The translations under genes and the position numbers were made by a program. This document shows positions 30,851-40,109 of a DNA stretch of 64,000 nucleotides, piece after piece (position 1 is the stretch's first letter; each line of letters opens with the position of its first letter). The stretch is from Candidatus Latescibacterota bacterium. Its GTDB lineage: Bacteria > Latescibacterota > UBA2968 > GCA-2709665. The stretch covers positions 4,640,001-4,704,000 of the forward strand of contig CBDCOX010000002.1 in assembly GCA_965219995.1 (NCBI GenBank). Reading direction: 5' to 3'. The notes below the pieces were generated by a model that worked only from the letters and a program-made list of their open reading frames with translations, did no database searches and was not told where the DNA came from.

Positions 30851-31792
30851 TTGACAAGGCGTCCGGTGATTCTGGACGCGGACCCCGGCGTGGACGACGC
30901 CCTGGCGATGATGCTGGCGCTGGGCTCCCCGGAATTGGAGGTGCTTGGAATATGTACCGTCTGCGGCAACGTGCCGATGGAAGTCGGAACCGGAAACGCG
31001 CTGAAGTTGCTGGCATTGCTGAGTCGCGGCGACGTGCCGGTTTACGCGGGCGCCTGCCGTCCGCTGAAAAGGATAGCCGTATACGCCACCGAGGTACACG
31101 GCAAGGGAGGATTGGGGGACGCAGTCCTGCCGTCGGCCGGCCGGCCGTCATCGGGCGACGCGGTCAGATTCATCGTTGAGACCCTCTCGGCCCGGCCCGG
31201 ACATGTGACGTTGATCGCCGTTGGGCCGCTGACCAACCTGGCGCTGGCTGAATCACGGGCCCCCGGGGTGTTGAAAAAAGCCCGGGAAGTGTGCGTGATG
31301 GGCGGTGCGGTGGACGGGCCGGGCAACGTGACGCCCGCGGCCGAGTTCAACTTCTTCGCCGATCCGGACGCCGCGCGGCAGGTGGTGCGCTCCGGCGCAA
31401 GCATTGCGCTGGCGCCGCTGGACGTGACCCATCGCGTGGCGCTGGAAGACGCGCACCTGGCAGGCATGCCGGCAACGCCCGCGGGTCGCTTTGTGAGAGA
31501 CGCGGTGAGACCGGCCATGGATCATGCGATGCGTATGCAGGGCCGGCGACGTTTTTTTCTGCACGATCCGTTGGCGGCAGGGCTGGCGATCGATCCGTCG
31601 TTTTTCAGAATCGAGACGGTGCGTGCAGACGTGGAATCAGAGGGAGATCTCACCGCGGGGGAGGTGGTTGCGGACCGGCGGTCGTTCTCCAGGGAGGAAG
31701 ACCGGATGGGACTGCCGCTGAAGTGCGCGCTGGACGTGGACGCCGGTCGGTTTCTGGCGTTTTTCCTGTCCCGGATTTTCCCGGGAGCCTAA
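30851..31792 (+). CDS. Inosine-uridine preferring nucleoside hydrolase
   Basis: ILDADPGVDDALA, GNV, VHGKGGLG, GPLTNLA, AEFNFFADP, LHDP; start uncertain (30836 or TTG at 30851). Confidence 0.9.
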   Translation: MTRRPVILDADPGVDDALAMMLALGSPELEVLGICTVCGNVPMEVGTGNALKLLALLSRGDVPVYAGACRPLKRIAVYATEVHGKGGLGDAVLPSAGRPSSGDAVRFIVETLSARPGHVTLIAVGPLTNLALAESRAPGVLKKAREVCVMGGAVDGPGNVTPAAEFNFFADPDAARQVVRSGASIALAPLDVTHRVALEDAHLAGMPATPAGRFVRDAVRPAMDHAMRMQGRRRFFLHDPLAAGLAIDPSFFRIETVRADVESEGDLTAGEVVADRRSFSREEDRMGLPLKCALDVDAGRFLAFFLSRIFPGA

Positions 31793-31811
31793 TTTCGGAA
31801 GGTGTTCCGGC

Positions 31812-32558
31812 TTGAAAGGGATTATCATCGGCGCGGGTCGTGGCATCCGATTGATGCCGCATACGAAAGACGCGCCGAAATGTCTTGCCGAAGTGAGAGG
31901 CAGGCGGATTCTGGATTGGGGTCTCGACGCCCTGCGGGCGGCCGGGGTGCACGATATCGTGTTCATCGGCGGCTACCGCATCGAGCAGGTGCAGGCCGAA
32001 TATCCCGGCCTTACGTATTGTCACAACGCGGACTGGTCCAATAACAATATCCTGATTTCCCTCATGCATGCGGAATTCCACATGGACGACGGCTTCGTCT
32101 GTGCGTATTCCGATATTCTCTACAGGCCTGAGATCGTCTTGAATCTGATGGAGAGCGTGAATGAAATAACGTTGGTCTGCGACACGGCCTGGCGCACACG
32201 CTACAAAAAGCGGACCGAGCATCCCGAGATCGATGCGGAGAAGATGGCCACCGTGGGCAATCGGGTGGTAGCCATTGGACGCAACATACCCGGCGAAATC
32301 GCTCACGGCGAGTACACGGGCATCGCCCGGTTCGGGCGAGACGGGTCCGTGCAGTTGCGGGAGGCCTTTCACCGGGCAAAGACCCGGTACAACGGCAGAC
32401 CGTTTCAATCGGCCGCCACCTTTCAGAAAGCGTATCTGATCGACCTCTATCAGGAGATGCTGGAGGCGAAGGTCCCGATGCACCTGATCGAGACGCCGGG
32501 CGGATATCTGGAAATCGATACCAATCAGGATTTCGAGATCGCACGCAAGGAGTGGTAG
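31812..32558 (+). CDS. NTP transferase, phosphocholine cytidylyltransferase (LicC)-like
   Basis: IIIGAGRGIRL..T...PKCL, YSDILY, AEK, GEYTGI, EIDT..D. Confidence 0.8.
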   Translation: MKGIIIGAGRGIRLMPHTKDAPKCLAEVRGRRILDWGLDALRAAGVHDIVFIGGYRIEQVQAEYPGLTYCHNADWSNNNILISLMHAEFHMDDGFVCAYSDILYRPEIVLNLMESVNEITLVCDTAWRTRYKKRTEHPEIDAEKMATVGNRVVAIGRNIPGEIAHGEYTGIARFGRDGSVQLREAFHRAKTRYNGRPFQSAATFQKAYLIDLYQEMLEAKVPMHLIETPGGYLEIDTNQDFEIARKEW

Positions 32559-32561
32559 GGT

Positions 32562-33623
32562 ATGGTAAACGAGCATGTTCCGTTTCCGGCGGGCGTTGTG
32601 GGAAGCATGCCGCGTTCGCAATTTGTGCGCGACCTGCTGGACCCCCATAGTGCGCCCGAAGATCCATCGGAGTTTTCCGCACGGATGGATGCATCGGTGG
32701 ACTACGTCCTCGCGCTGCAGGAGGCCGCCGGATTGGACGTCGTTTCCGACGGAGAGTACCGCCGCCGGTCCTATATCGGCATTATCGCGGACGTGGCGGA
32801 CGGGTTTGTGCGGGAGCGGAAAGAAGGGTTGTGGTGGCACACGGTCGTGGCGCCCGTGGTCGCGAAGAGGACGGGTCTCGCCGCTGCCGAGGCGGCATAT
32901 CTCCGCGCGCGGACTCAGAAGGCGATCAAGGTGGCCCTGCCCTCACCATACCTCCTGGGCCAGCGGATGTGGCACAGGGATCGTTCGCGCGACGCGTATC
33001 CCACCCGGGAGGCGTTCATGCGGGCGCTGGTACCGGTCCTTCGGGACGAACTGCTGCTGCTCCGGGACGCGGGCGCCGATACAGTCCAGTTCGACGATCC
33101 GCATCTCTGTCTGTTTGTGGATCCCCGCGTTCGCGGAAGGTACGCAGACCCCGATCGGGAGATGGACCTATGCGTGGATCTCATGAACCAGATTGTGGAT
33201 GGCGTTGAGGGGATGGCCGTGGCCGTGCATCTGTGCCGGAGAAACAAGGGGCGGGCAGGTTGGGTCGGCCAGGGCGGTTACGGTCCGATTCTGCCCGCGT
33301 TGCTGCGACTGAACGTGGATCAATACGTAATGGAATTCACCGTTCCCGTCGCGGGCGATCTGGACGTATTGAAACGGATTCCGGAAGACCGGCAGGTGGG
33401 GCTGGGCTGCGTGGACTGCAGGTCTGCCCGGATCGATACCGTTGCCGAAATCATCCATCGCGTGGAACAGGCCCTCGAATTCCTGCGTCCAGACCAGATA
33501 CTTCTTAATCCCGACTGCGGCTTTGCGCCGGGTAACGCTGCCGAGATCCCGGTTGAAGAGGCTTTCGCCAAGCTCCGCAACGAGGCAAGAGCCGCGGAGA
33601 TTCTGAGGGAGAAATACGGGTAG
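32562..33623 (+). CDS. Cobalamin-independent methionine synthase II family protein
   Basis: VVGSMPR, GLDVVSDGEYRR, QFDDP, HLCRRN, MEF, LNPDCGF. Confidence 0.85.
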   Translation: MVNEHVPFPAGVVGSMPRSQFVRDLLDPHSAPEDPSEFSARMDASVDYVLALQEAAGLDVVSDGEYRRRSYIGIIADVADGFVRERKEGLWWHTVVAPVVAKRTGLAAAEAAYLRARTQKAIKVALPSPYLLGQRMWHRDRSRDAYPTREAFMRALVPVLRDELLLLRDAGADTVQFDDPHLCLFVDPRVRGRYADPDREMDLCVDLMNQIVDGVEGMAVAVHLCRRNKGRAGWVGQGGYGPILPALLRLNVDQYVMEFTVPVAGDLDVLKRIPEDRQVGLGCVDCRSARIDTVAEIIHRVEQALEFLRPDQILLNPDCGFAPGNAAEIPVEEAFAKLRNEARAAEILREKYG

Positions 33624-33638
33624 GATCGAAACGGGACG

Positions 33639-34598
33639 TTATGGATTCTTCCGGAGATGGAGGTAGGACTCGTACCGCTGGCGTGAAACTTTCTCCAGGT
33701 CGACGGCATCTCTGACAATGCATCCGGGTTCACGGACGTGGGTGCAGTTACGAAAACGGCAATGTCCGGGCAGGCCCCGGAATTCCGGAAACAGTCCGTC
33801 GATTTCTTCCGGGTCGATCTCCCACAGGTGGAATTCTCTCACGCCCGGCAGGTCGCCGACCATGCCGCCGGTTTCGAGTTCGACGAGTTCCGTGTGAGTG
33901 GTCGTGTGCCGGCCTTCGCCGGTGGTTTCGCTGATTTCGCTCGTGCGCAACCCGAGGCCCGGCTGCAGCCAGTTGAGCAGGCTGGATTTGCCAACGCCCG
34001 AAGGACCCATAAAGAGCGAAGTCCGGCCTTTCAGGAGGTCCAGGAAAGCTTCTTTGCCCCTGTCGGTGACGATGCTGGTGAGCACAACCGGGTATCCGAT
34101 CTGTTCGTAGATCGAAGCCGTTGCCTCGAAATCGTCGGGACCGGGCAGGTCCAGCTTGTTGAAGCAGACGGCAGCCGTTATTTCGCACCATTCCGCAACG
34201 GCCAGCATCCGGTCCAGCATATTCCAGTCCGGCGGCGGCTCCGCCACCGAGAAGACCGGGAGGAGCTGATCGATATTGGCGGCCAGGATCTGTTCTTTAC
34301 GTGAACTTCCGGAGGCCCTTCGAGAGATCTTGTTCCGCCTTGGAAGGACTTCACGGATCAGACCGGTATTTCCTTCGCCGGGATCGATCCGGACGCGGTC
34401 GCCGATGGCAACGGGGTCCACAACCCGGGCGCGGCGTACGGCCTGTACCCGCTTTCGGCGCGATCCGGGCGATGCTTCGGGATATTGAAGCCGTTTGCGC
34501 AGCTTGCTGGAAATCGCACAGTCAACCACCCCGTCTCCGGTGGCGACGTGGTAATGCCTTCGGTGTTCACGAATTACGGTGCCTTCGATGGTCTCCAT
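33639..34598 (-). CDS. rsgA: Ribosome small subunit-dependent GTPase A
   Basis: ANID, NKLDL, GPSGVGKSSLLN, GRHTTT, DLPG, CRFRNCTHVREPGC Zn finger. Confidence 0.95.
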   Translation of the reverse strand: METIEGTVIREHRRHYHVATGDGVVDCAISSKLRKRLQYPEASPGSRRKRVQAVRRARVVDPVAIGDRVRIDPGEGNTGLIREVLPRRNKISRRASGSSRKEQILAANIDQLLPVFSVAEPPPDWNMLDRMLAVAEWCEITAAVCFNKLDLPGPDDFEATASIYEQIGYPVVLTSIVTDRGKEAFLDLLKGRTSLFMGPSGVGKSSLLNWLQPGLGLRTSEISETTGEGRHTTTHTELVELETGGMVGDLPGVREFHLWEIDPEEIDGLFPEFRGLPGHCRFRNCTHVREPGCIVRDAVDLEKVSRQRYESYLHLRKNP

Positions 34599-34804
34599 AA
34601 GAGGTCCCGGCAGATGCCGACGACTTGCTGCTCCTGCGTTGTATTTTTCTCAAGATGCTGTAAAAATGAATGTTATGGACAAAACCGAACTGCAATGAAA
34701 CAGCCGGAAAGCGCGGAAAATTAAGCGCTGAGGAATCTTTGTCAAGAAAAAAGGCGACGTGAAGGCGATTCGGGAGACGCCATCGAGATGCACCGTGAAT
34801 CGGG

Positions 34805-34832
34805 TTGACTTTGGCAGGGCATTTGTTATTAT
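34805..34832 (+). promoter_or_regulatory. Putative sigma70 promoter (divergent from a TTGACA promoter for rsgA near 34718-34745)
   Basis: TTGACT-16 nt-TATTAT with TGn extension. Confidence 0.45.
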
Positions 34833-34959
34833 TCTCAAGAAGCGGGTAGACGTAAGACGTAAGAGGGAGATGATATCACCGCCTACCGATCTCGTTCTCC
34901 TTTTCATTAGCCGGTTTGGTCTCTCCGATCGCAAGGGTCCGTTTCTTCAGGAACTTTAC

Positions 34960-35706
34960 ATGGAACAGGATTTATCGCCGATTTTCAAACGCTGGATATT
35001 CGATGCCCGGAAGACCTGCACCAGAAAAATCGTGGGAATCGACGGGCGGGAGAAGCTGCAGGTCCGGTTTGAACTTGGCCTTCTTCAGATGGAAATGACC
35101 GGTCGGCCCGACGGTACATCCCCGAACGGGTATGAGTCCGCACTCGACGAGTACCTCGATTGCCTGGAGGCCCACCGAAGGAACCATGGTTCAGACGACG
35201 GGTTCCGCCTGGATGAACGGGCGTGTATCGTGCTGTGGACGGAAGGCGTACAGTACTATCAGCGGTACGTCTGCCTGATGCACCTGAGCGATTTTGAAGG
35301 GGTCCTGAGAGACACCACGCACAATCTGGCGTTGCTGGACCTGGTCCGGACCTATGCCGCCAACGAAGAGATCAAGTGTGAATTCGAACGGTCCCGCACG
35401 TGTGTGCTCATGGCGCACGCCAGGTCCAAGGGCGAAATCTGCCTGCAGAATGGAGATTCCGAAGGCGCACTCGAGGTGGTCCGGGAGGGAATCGACGAGA
35501 TTCGGTCCGACGCAAACGGGTCCGAAGACCCGGAGCATCCGGAATCCGGCGATGCGCTTCGTTCCCTGGAAGCCTGGGCGGAAGAGATTCGGCGGCGATA
35601 TCCCGTCGCCGGCGAAAGCCTTATAGAACAGATTCAGACAGCGGTTGCCGGGGAGCGCTACGAACAGGCCGCGGGTTTTGGAAACCGATTGCACGGACTG
35701 AACTGA
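34960..35706 (+). CDS. Conserved protein with C-terminal UVR (UvrB/UvrC) motif
   Basis: DGREKLQVRFELGLLQMEMTGRPDG, EGVQYYQRY, RDTTHNL, AVAGERYEQAA; start MEQDLS. Confidence 0.7.
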   Translation: MEQDLSPIFKRWIFDARKTCTRKIVGIDGREKLQVRFELGLLQMEMTGRPDGTSPNGYESALDEYLDCLEAHRRNHGSDDGFRLDERACIVLWTEGVQYYQRYVCLMHLSDFEGVLRDTTHNLALLDLVRTYAANEEIKCEFERSRTCVLMAHARSKGEICLQNGDSEGALEVVREGIDEIRSDANGSEDPEHPESGDALRSLEAWAEEIRRRYPVAGESLIEQIQTAVAGERYEQAAGFGNRLHGLN

Positions 35707-35906
35707 ATTCTGTTGTCGACAGTTGAACATGCTGTCCGCGCGGGTCTATCGGCGCCGGTTGTGCGAAGCACCGTTTATTCCGATCCTGAACAGCGATGCG
35801 TTTTCAGATCGGGATTTTTTGTGTGTGGTCCAGCGAATGGCCGCGGCGGGTGTTCGGTACCGGAGTTCGTTTACCGCGGTGACGACTTTCCAGGTCCGGA
35901 CACCTG

Positions 35907-37178
35907 ATGGAGGACCGGATGAACCCGGAGTTCATGATCGCCCGCAGGCATTTCCGGTCTTTGCGAGACCGGAAGCGTATCTCTTTTACGATATGTGTCG
36001 CCGCAATTGGCGTGGCGCTGGGCGTGTCATCGCTGGTGATCGTCATGTCCGTCATGAACGGATATACGAACATGATCCGGCAGCGCCTTCTGGGCGTGAA
36101 CGCACACTTGACCGTGCGCAAGTCCTATCGCAAGCCAATAGCGGATTACAAGCCGGTGGTCCGCACCCTGGAAGACCACGCTGAAGTGCTTGCGGCGTCG
36201 CCATTCATCCATGCGGAGGGGTTTGTCTTCCGGAAGCCCGCCGGAGCGGGCGCGGTCAAGTCGGGTGTTCTGGTGCGAGGAGTGGATCCGGAGACGTTTG
36301 TCCGCACCAGCGACGTGGGATCGTACATTCAGAAAGGAGCGATAGACCTCGGTCCGCTGGAGAAACCGGGTTCGCGTGTGGTATACGGTATGGTGTTGGG
36401 GCAGGTGCTGGCGCAAAAGCTGAATGCGGCGCCCGGAGACGACGTGTTCCTGGGTCTGGTGCCGAAGGACGTGTTCAGCGGACGCGGACGCCGGTGGCAG
36501 CGATTCCGGGTAACCGGTGTCTTCAATACGGGCTATTTCGAGTTCGATTCCCGTCTCATCTATATTTCTCTGACGGCCGCCAGACGGGACCTGGGATGGC
36601 AGGACGTTGTCACCGGAATCCGACTGCGGCTGCGGGATCCGATGGAAGCCGACCGGATGGCCGAGACGCTCAGACGGGTCCTGCGTGAGGCATATCCCGG
36701 TCTGTTCGCAACGTCGTGGACACGGAATTTCGGTAACTTCTACGTACTGATCCAACTGCAGAAGTGGACGTTTTTCCTGATTCTGAGTCTGATCGTGGTC
36801 GTGGCAGGATTCAACATCATCAGTATCCTGACGATGAACGTGACCGATCGCCGCCGGGAGATTGGAATCCTGAAGGCGATGGGAATGATCCCGGGGCGGA
36901 TCGGCAGGATTTTTACCCTCGAGGGCGTGGTGGTGGGCGTGTCGGGCATTGCAATCGGCAATCTCCTGGGACTTTCGCTTTGCTGGATTCAGAAGCGGTT
37001 CGAAGTGATTCGCGTGCCGGGGGAGGTCTATTACGTCAGTTCGTTGCCGGTGGAAATGCGCCTCGAGGATTTCGGCCTGGTTTCCCTGTGCGCGGTTCTC
37101 ATCTGTTATCTCTTCAGCCTGTTTCCTTCCCGCGATGCGGCGGCGCTGGATCCGGTGGATGCCATCCGCTATGAGTGA
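35907..37178 (+). CDS. LolC/LolE-family lipoprotein-releasing ABC permease
   Basis: GVALGVSSLVIVMSVMNG, FNTGYFEFD, VAGFNIIS.L, REIGILKAMG, AALDPVDAIRYE. Confidence 0.9.
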   Translation: MEDRMNPEFMIARRHFRSLRDRKRISFTICVAAIGVALGVSSLVIVMSVMNGYTNMIRQRLLGVNAHLTVRKSYRKPIADYKPVVRTLEDHAEVLAASPFIHAEGFVFRKPAGAGAVKSGVLVRGVDPETFVRTSDVGSYIQKGAIDLGPLEKPGSRVVYGMVLGQVLAQKLNAAPGDDVFLGLVPKDVFSGRGRRWQRFRVTGVFNTGYFEFDSRLIYISLTAARRDLGWQDVVTGIRLRLRDPMEADRMAETLRRVLREAYPGLFATSWTRNFGNFYVLIQLQKWTFFLILSLIVVVAGFNIISILTMNVTDRRREIGILKAMGMIPGRIGRIFTLEGVVVGVSGIAIGNLLGLSLCWIQKRFEVIRVPGEVYYVSSLPVEMRLEDFGLVSLCAVLICYLFSLFPSRDAAALDPVDAIRYE

Positions 37179-37281
37179 TTGACGATACCCGGCCGCCGCC
37201 GGACCTCGGGTGAGGAGTGACGAATCGACGGGAAAACGGTGAAAAATCATCGGGACAGGACACCAGGACAGGACGCCGGCG

Positions 37282-38532
37282 ATGGTTGAATTGTTGATTG
37301 CGCGACGGTATCTTCGCTCTATGCGCCGCCGGAAACGGGTGTCGTTCACGGTGGTCGTGGCGGTACTGGGCGTGGGCCTCGGCGTGGCGGCGCTGGTGAT
37401 CGTGCTGTCGGTGTCGAACGGTTTTTCGTCGCTGGTGTGGGACCGGCTGCTGGGCGTGAACGCGCATGCGACGGTGCGCATGGAGAGGGGAGGTCCGATC
37501 GAGGATCCCGGGGCGCTCCTGACCGCGCTGGACGCCCATCCGCTGGTCACGGGCGTATCTCCGTTTGCGGCTTCGGAAGGCGCCCTCCTGCACCGTTCCT
37601 TTGAAGAGGAGGTGTACAGCGCCGCGTTGATGGTGAGGGGCGTGACACCGGACGGACTGGAAGCAGTAAGCGACCTGGAGGACTATATCTGGGGAGGCGC
37701 CCTGGATCTCGGTCTCCAGGAAACAGAGGGCCGCGGCAGAGTCTACGGGATCGTCGTCGGACGCTATCTGGCCGATCAACTGGGCGTGCGGGTGGGGTCG
37801 GAGGTGCATCTCTGGATCCTGCCGCACGAGGTCTTCGCGGCGCAGACCCGGTTCCGGCGATACGTGGTCACCGGCATCTTCAGTTCGGGCAACCCCGAGT
37901 TCGACAGCGGATTGGCGTATGTTTCACTTTCAGCAGCCCGAAGAGACCTCGAATGGGAACACCGGATCAGCGGAGTCCGGCTTCGGTACGGCGACGCCTT
38001 TCGGGCTCGCGAAATCAGCGCGGCCGTTGAAAGAGCAGCCAGGTCGCTGGATCCGGCGCTTGCCGTGCATCCCTGGATGCGAGACCACGGCAATCTCTAT
38101 TTTTCCATACATCTGGAGAAGTGGGCGAGTTTTCTGGGAATCGGGCTGATCGTCGTGGTTGCAGGCTTCAACATCGTCAGCGTGCTAACCATGAACGTGG
38201 CGGAAAGGCGGAGGGAGATCGGCATTCTCAATACCCTTGGCGTGCCGCCGCGGAGAATCGGACGGATATTTACCTGGCAGGGGCTCGCCGTGGGCCTCTC
38301 CGGCGTGTTGCTGGGTAATCTGCTGGGCTTCGCCCTGTGCTGGGCGCAGCAGCGGTACGAGCTTCTCGAAATACCGGGAGACGTGTTGATTACGCAGGCG
38401 CTGCCCGTAGAAATGCAGGTGTCTGATTTTCTGGCGATTTCGGTTTCCGCCGCGTTGGTCTGCTATCTGTTTACGCTGTTTCCGGCTCGGGACGCCGCAG
38501 CGCTGGACCCGATCGAGGCGATCAGGCAATAG
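37282..38532 (+). CDS. LolC/LolE-family lipoprotein-releasing ABC permease (paralog)
   Basis: ELLIARRYLRS, GVAALVIVLSVSNGF, AGFNIVS.L, REIGIL, AALDPIEAIR. Confidence 0.9.
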   Translation: MVELLIARRYLRSMRRRKRVSFTVVVAVLGVGLGVAALVIVLSVSNGFSSLVWDRLLGVNAHATVRMERGGPIEDPGALLTALDAHPLVTGVSPFAASEGALLHRSFEEEVYSAALMVRGVTPDGLEAVSDLEDYIWGGALDLGLQETEGRGRVYGIVVGRYLADQLGVRVGSEVHLWILPHEVFAAQTRFRRYVVTGIFSSGNPEFDSGLAYVSLSAARRDLEWEHRISGVRLRYGDAFRAREISAAVERAARSLDPALAVHPWMRDHGNLYFSIHLEKWASFLGIGLIVVVAGFNIVSVLTMNVAERRREIGILNTLGVPPRRIGRIFTWQGLAVGLSGVLLGNLLGFALCWAQQRYELLEIPGDVLITQALPVEMQVSDFLAISVSAALVCYLFTLFPARDAAALDPIEAIRQ

Positions 38533-38599
38533 TGGCATGTCCGGAAAGCACGTCGTCTTTCTCCCGCCGACTTAGCAATGCAGGAACCTGAAAGGCTTC

Positions 38600-38764
38600 A
38601 TGGACCCCGATCCACTCAAATCGTACCCGCCGGGCGACCCCAGGCGTCCGCCACCGAGGTGGCTTCTGGTGCTGATCGCCGTTGCCGTTGCGATTGTGGT
38701 GACGTTGTTCGCCTTTCTGATCGCCTATCTGCGCGACGTCTGGACGGCCCGGCCGCTTGGGTAA
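38600..38764 (+). CDS. Small single-pass membrane protein (54 aa)
   Basis: Below ORF cutoff. GAAAGG upstream; MDPDPLKSYPPGDPRRPPPRWLLVLIAVAVAIVVTLFAFLIAYLRDVWTARPLG*. Confidence 0.6.
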   Translation: MDPDPLKSYPPGDPRRPPPRWLLVLIAVAVAIVVTLFAFLIAYLRDVWTARPLG

Positions 38765-38987
38765 GGAATCGGGTCCGCCAGGTTGTTTTTCTGAGTATCC
38801 GGTGTAAGACAAAAGGAAAGCGGTTAATTTTCAGGGATCGCGGTGGTTGGAGTGATGATTTGTGGTATATGGTGAATCGATACACGGCAGTTCCTCGTTT
38901 TCTCGCGCTCTTTGGTTTTTATCCTGTCCATCCTGTCCATCCATGTTTCTTTCGTCGGTTTATGAGTTAAAGAGACGAGACTTTCGG

Positions 38988-39725
38988 TCAGTACGTGGCG
39001 CGGCCGCCGCTGGCGTCAAAGCACTGCCCTGTTGTGAAACTGGCTTCATCCGAGGCCAGGAAGTGTACCAGCGCGGCGACCTCGCCGGGTTTGCCGAGGC
39101 GGCCCATCGGTATCCTGGACGTGAGAAAGGCGGCCCGATCCGGATCCAGACCGAGGGTCATCCCGGTCTCGATGAGTGCGGGCGCGACGCAGTTGACGCG
39201 AATGTTATGGTCCAGCACCTCCCTGGCAAGCACCTTGGTAAAACAGATGACGCCGGCCTTCGAAACCGAGTAAGCCGCCATATTGGCGTTCCCTTCCTTG
39301 CCCGATATCGAGGCGACCGATACGATTGCGCCCCTGTTGCGTTCTGCCATGTCCCCGATGACCGCGCGCGAGCAGAGGAAGACGCCTTTGAGATTGGTGT
39401 CCATCACGCGGTCCCAGTCCGCTTCGCTCAGTTCCCGCACGGGCGACTCCGGTCCCACGATGCCGGCGTTATTGACCAGGACGTCGATCTGGCCGAGCCG
39501 TTCCAGCACGGTGTCCACCATCCGTGTGACGTCTTCGCAGCAGGAGACATCCGCTTTCACGGTGAGACTGACGTAGGATCGACCCCCGTCGGGCGGATCC
39601 ACGTCCACGATGGCGACGGTCGCGCCCGCGGTCGCCAGACGGTCCGCGATGGCCGCACCGATGCCCCTTGCGCCGCCGGTGACGAGGGCAACGCGTCCCG
39701 TAAGGTCCATGAACGTCTGTGACAT
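38988..39725 (-). CDS. Short-chain dehydrogenase/reductase (FabG-like)
   Basis: TGGARGIG, NNAGI, YSVSK (YxxxK), PMGRLGKP. Confidence 0.92.
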   Translation of the reverse strand: MSQTFMDLTGRVALVTGGARGIGAAIADRLATAGATVAIVDVDPPDGGRSYVSLTVKADVSCCEDVTRMVDTVLERLGQIDVLVNNAGIVGPESPVRELSEADWDRVMDTNLKGVFLCSRAVIGDMAERNRGAIVSVASISGKEGNANMAAYSVSKAGVICFTKVLAREVLDHNIRVNCVAPALIETGMTLGLDPDRAAFLTSRIPMGRLGKPGEVAALVHFLASDEASFTTGQCFDASGGRATY

Positions 39726-39756
39726 GGTTTTTCTCTCAATCGGTAACGTCTAACTT

Positions 39757-40043
39757 CGGTGAGCCGCAAGCCCGTAGATGAAAAGCTTGAAAGCGGTGAG
39801 ACGTGAGACGCAAGACGGTAGAGGACGTCCTTGCCCGATTGGTTCTACTTTTATGCCTCTGGCGAGAAATCAACCCGCACAGGGCAATAAAACCCGTTAG
39901 ACGCAAGACGGTAGACGGTAGATGATAACGTTACCACAGTGTCTCCACGCTAACCGTGCCTGTTTCTCTACCGCTATCGTAACGACTAGAAAAACCATAT
40001 GCCACTCACATCATCTCCCCTCTTACGTCTAACGTCTCCCCGC
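39757..40043 (+). repeat. Heptamer-flanked modular repeat element, copy C (long form)
   Basis: Repeat - spacer 1 - repeat - spacer 2 - inverted repeat (TCATCTCCCCTCTTACGTCTAACGTCTCCCCGC). Confidence 0.85.
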
Positions 40044-40109
40044 CTTTAGGGTGTTTCCCGGTTCCCTTTGTGCCTTTGTGTCTCCGTGTGAGTTGAATTT
40101 CGGTTTCGG

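Noticed and set aside
39748-39902. GTCTAAC...GTTAGAC resembling integron attC core sites
   Set aside because: These are variants of the heptamer repeat; there is no integrase, no clear L boxes, and the other copies lack the pairing
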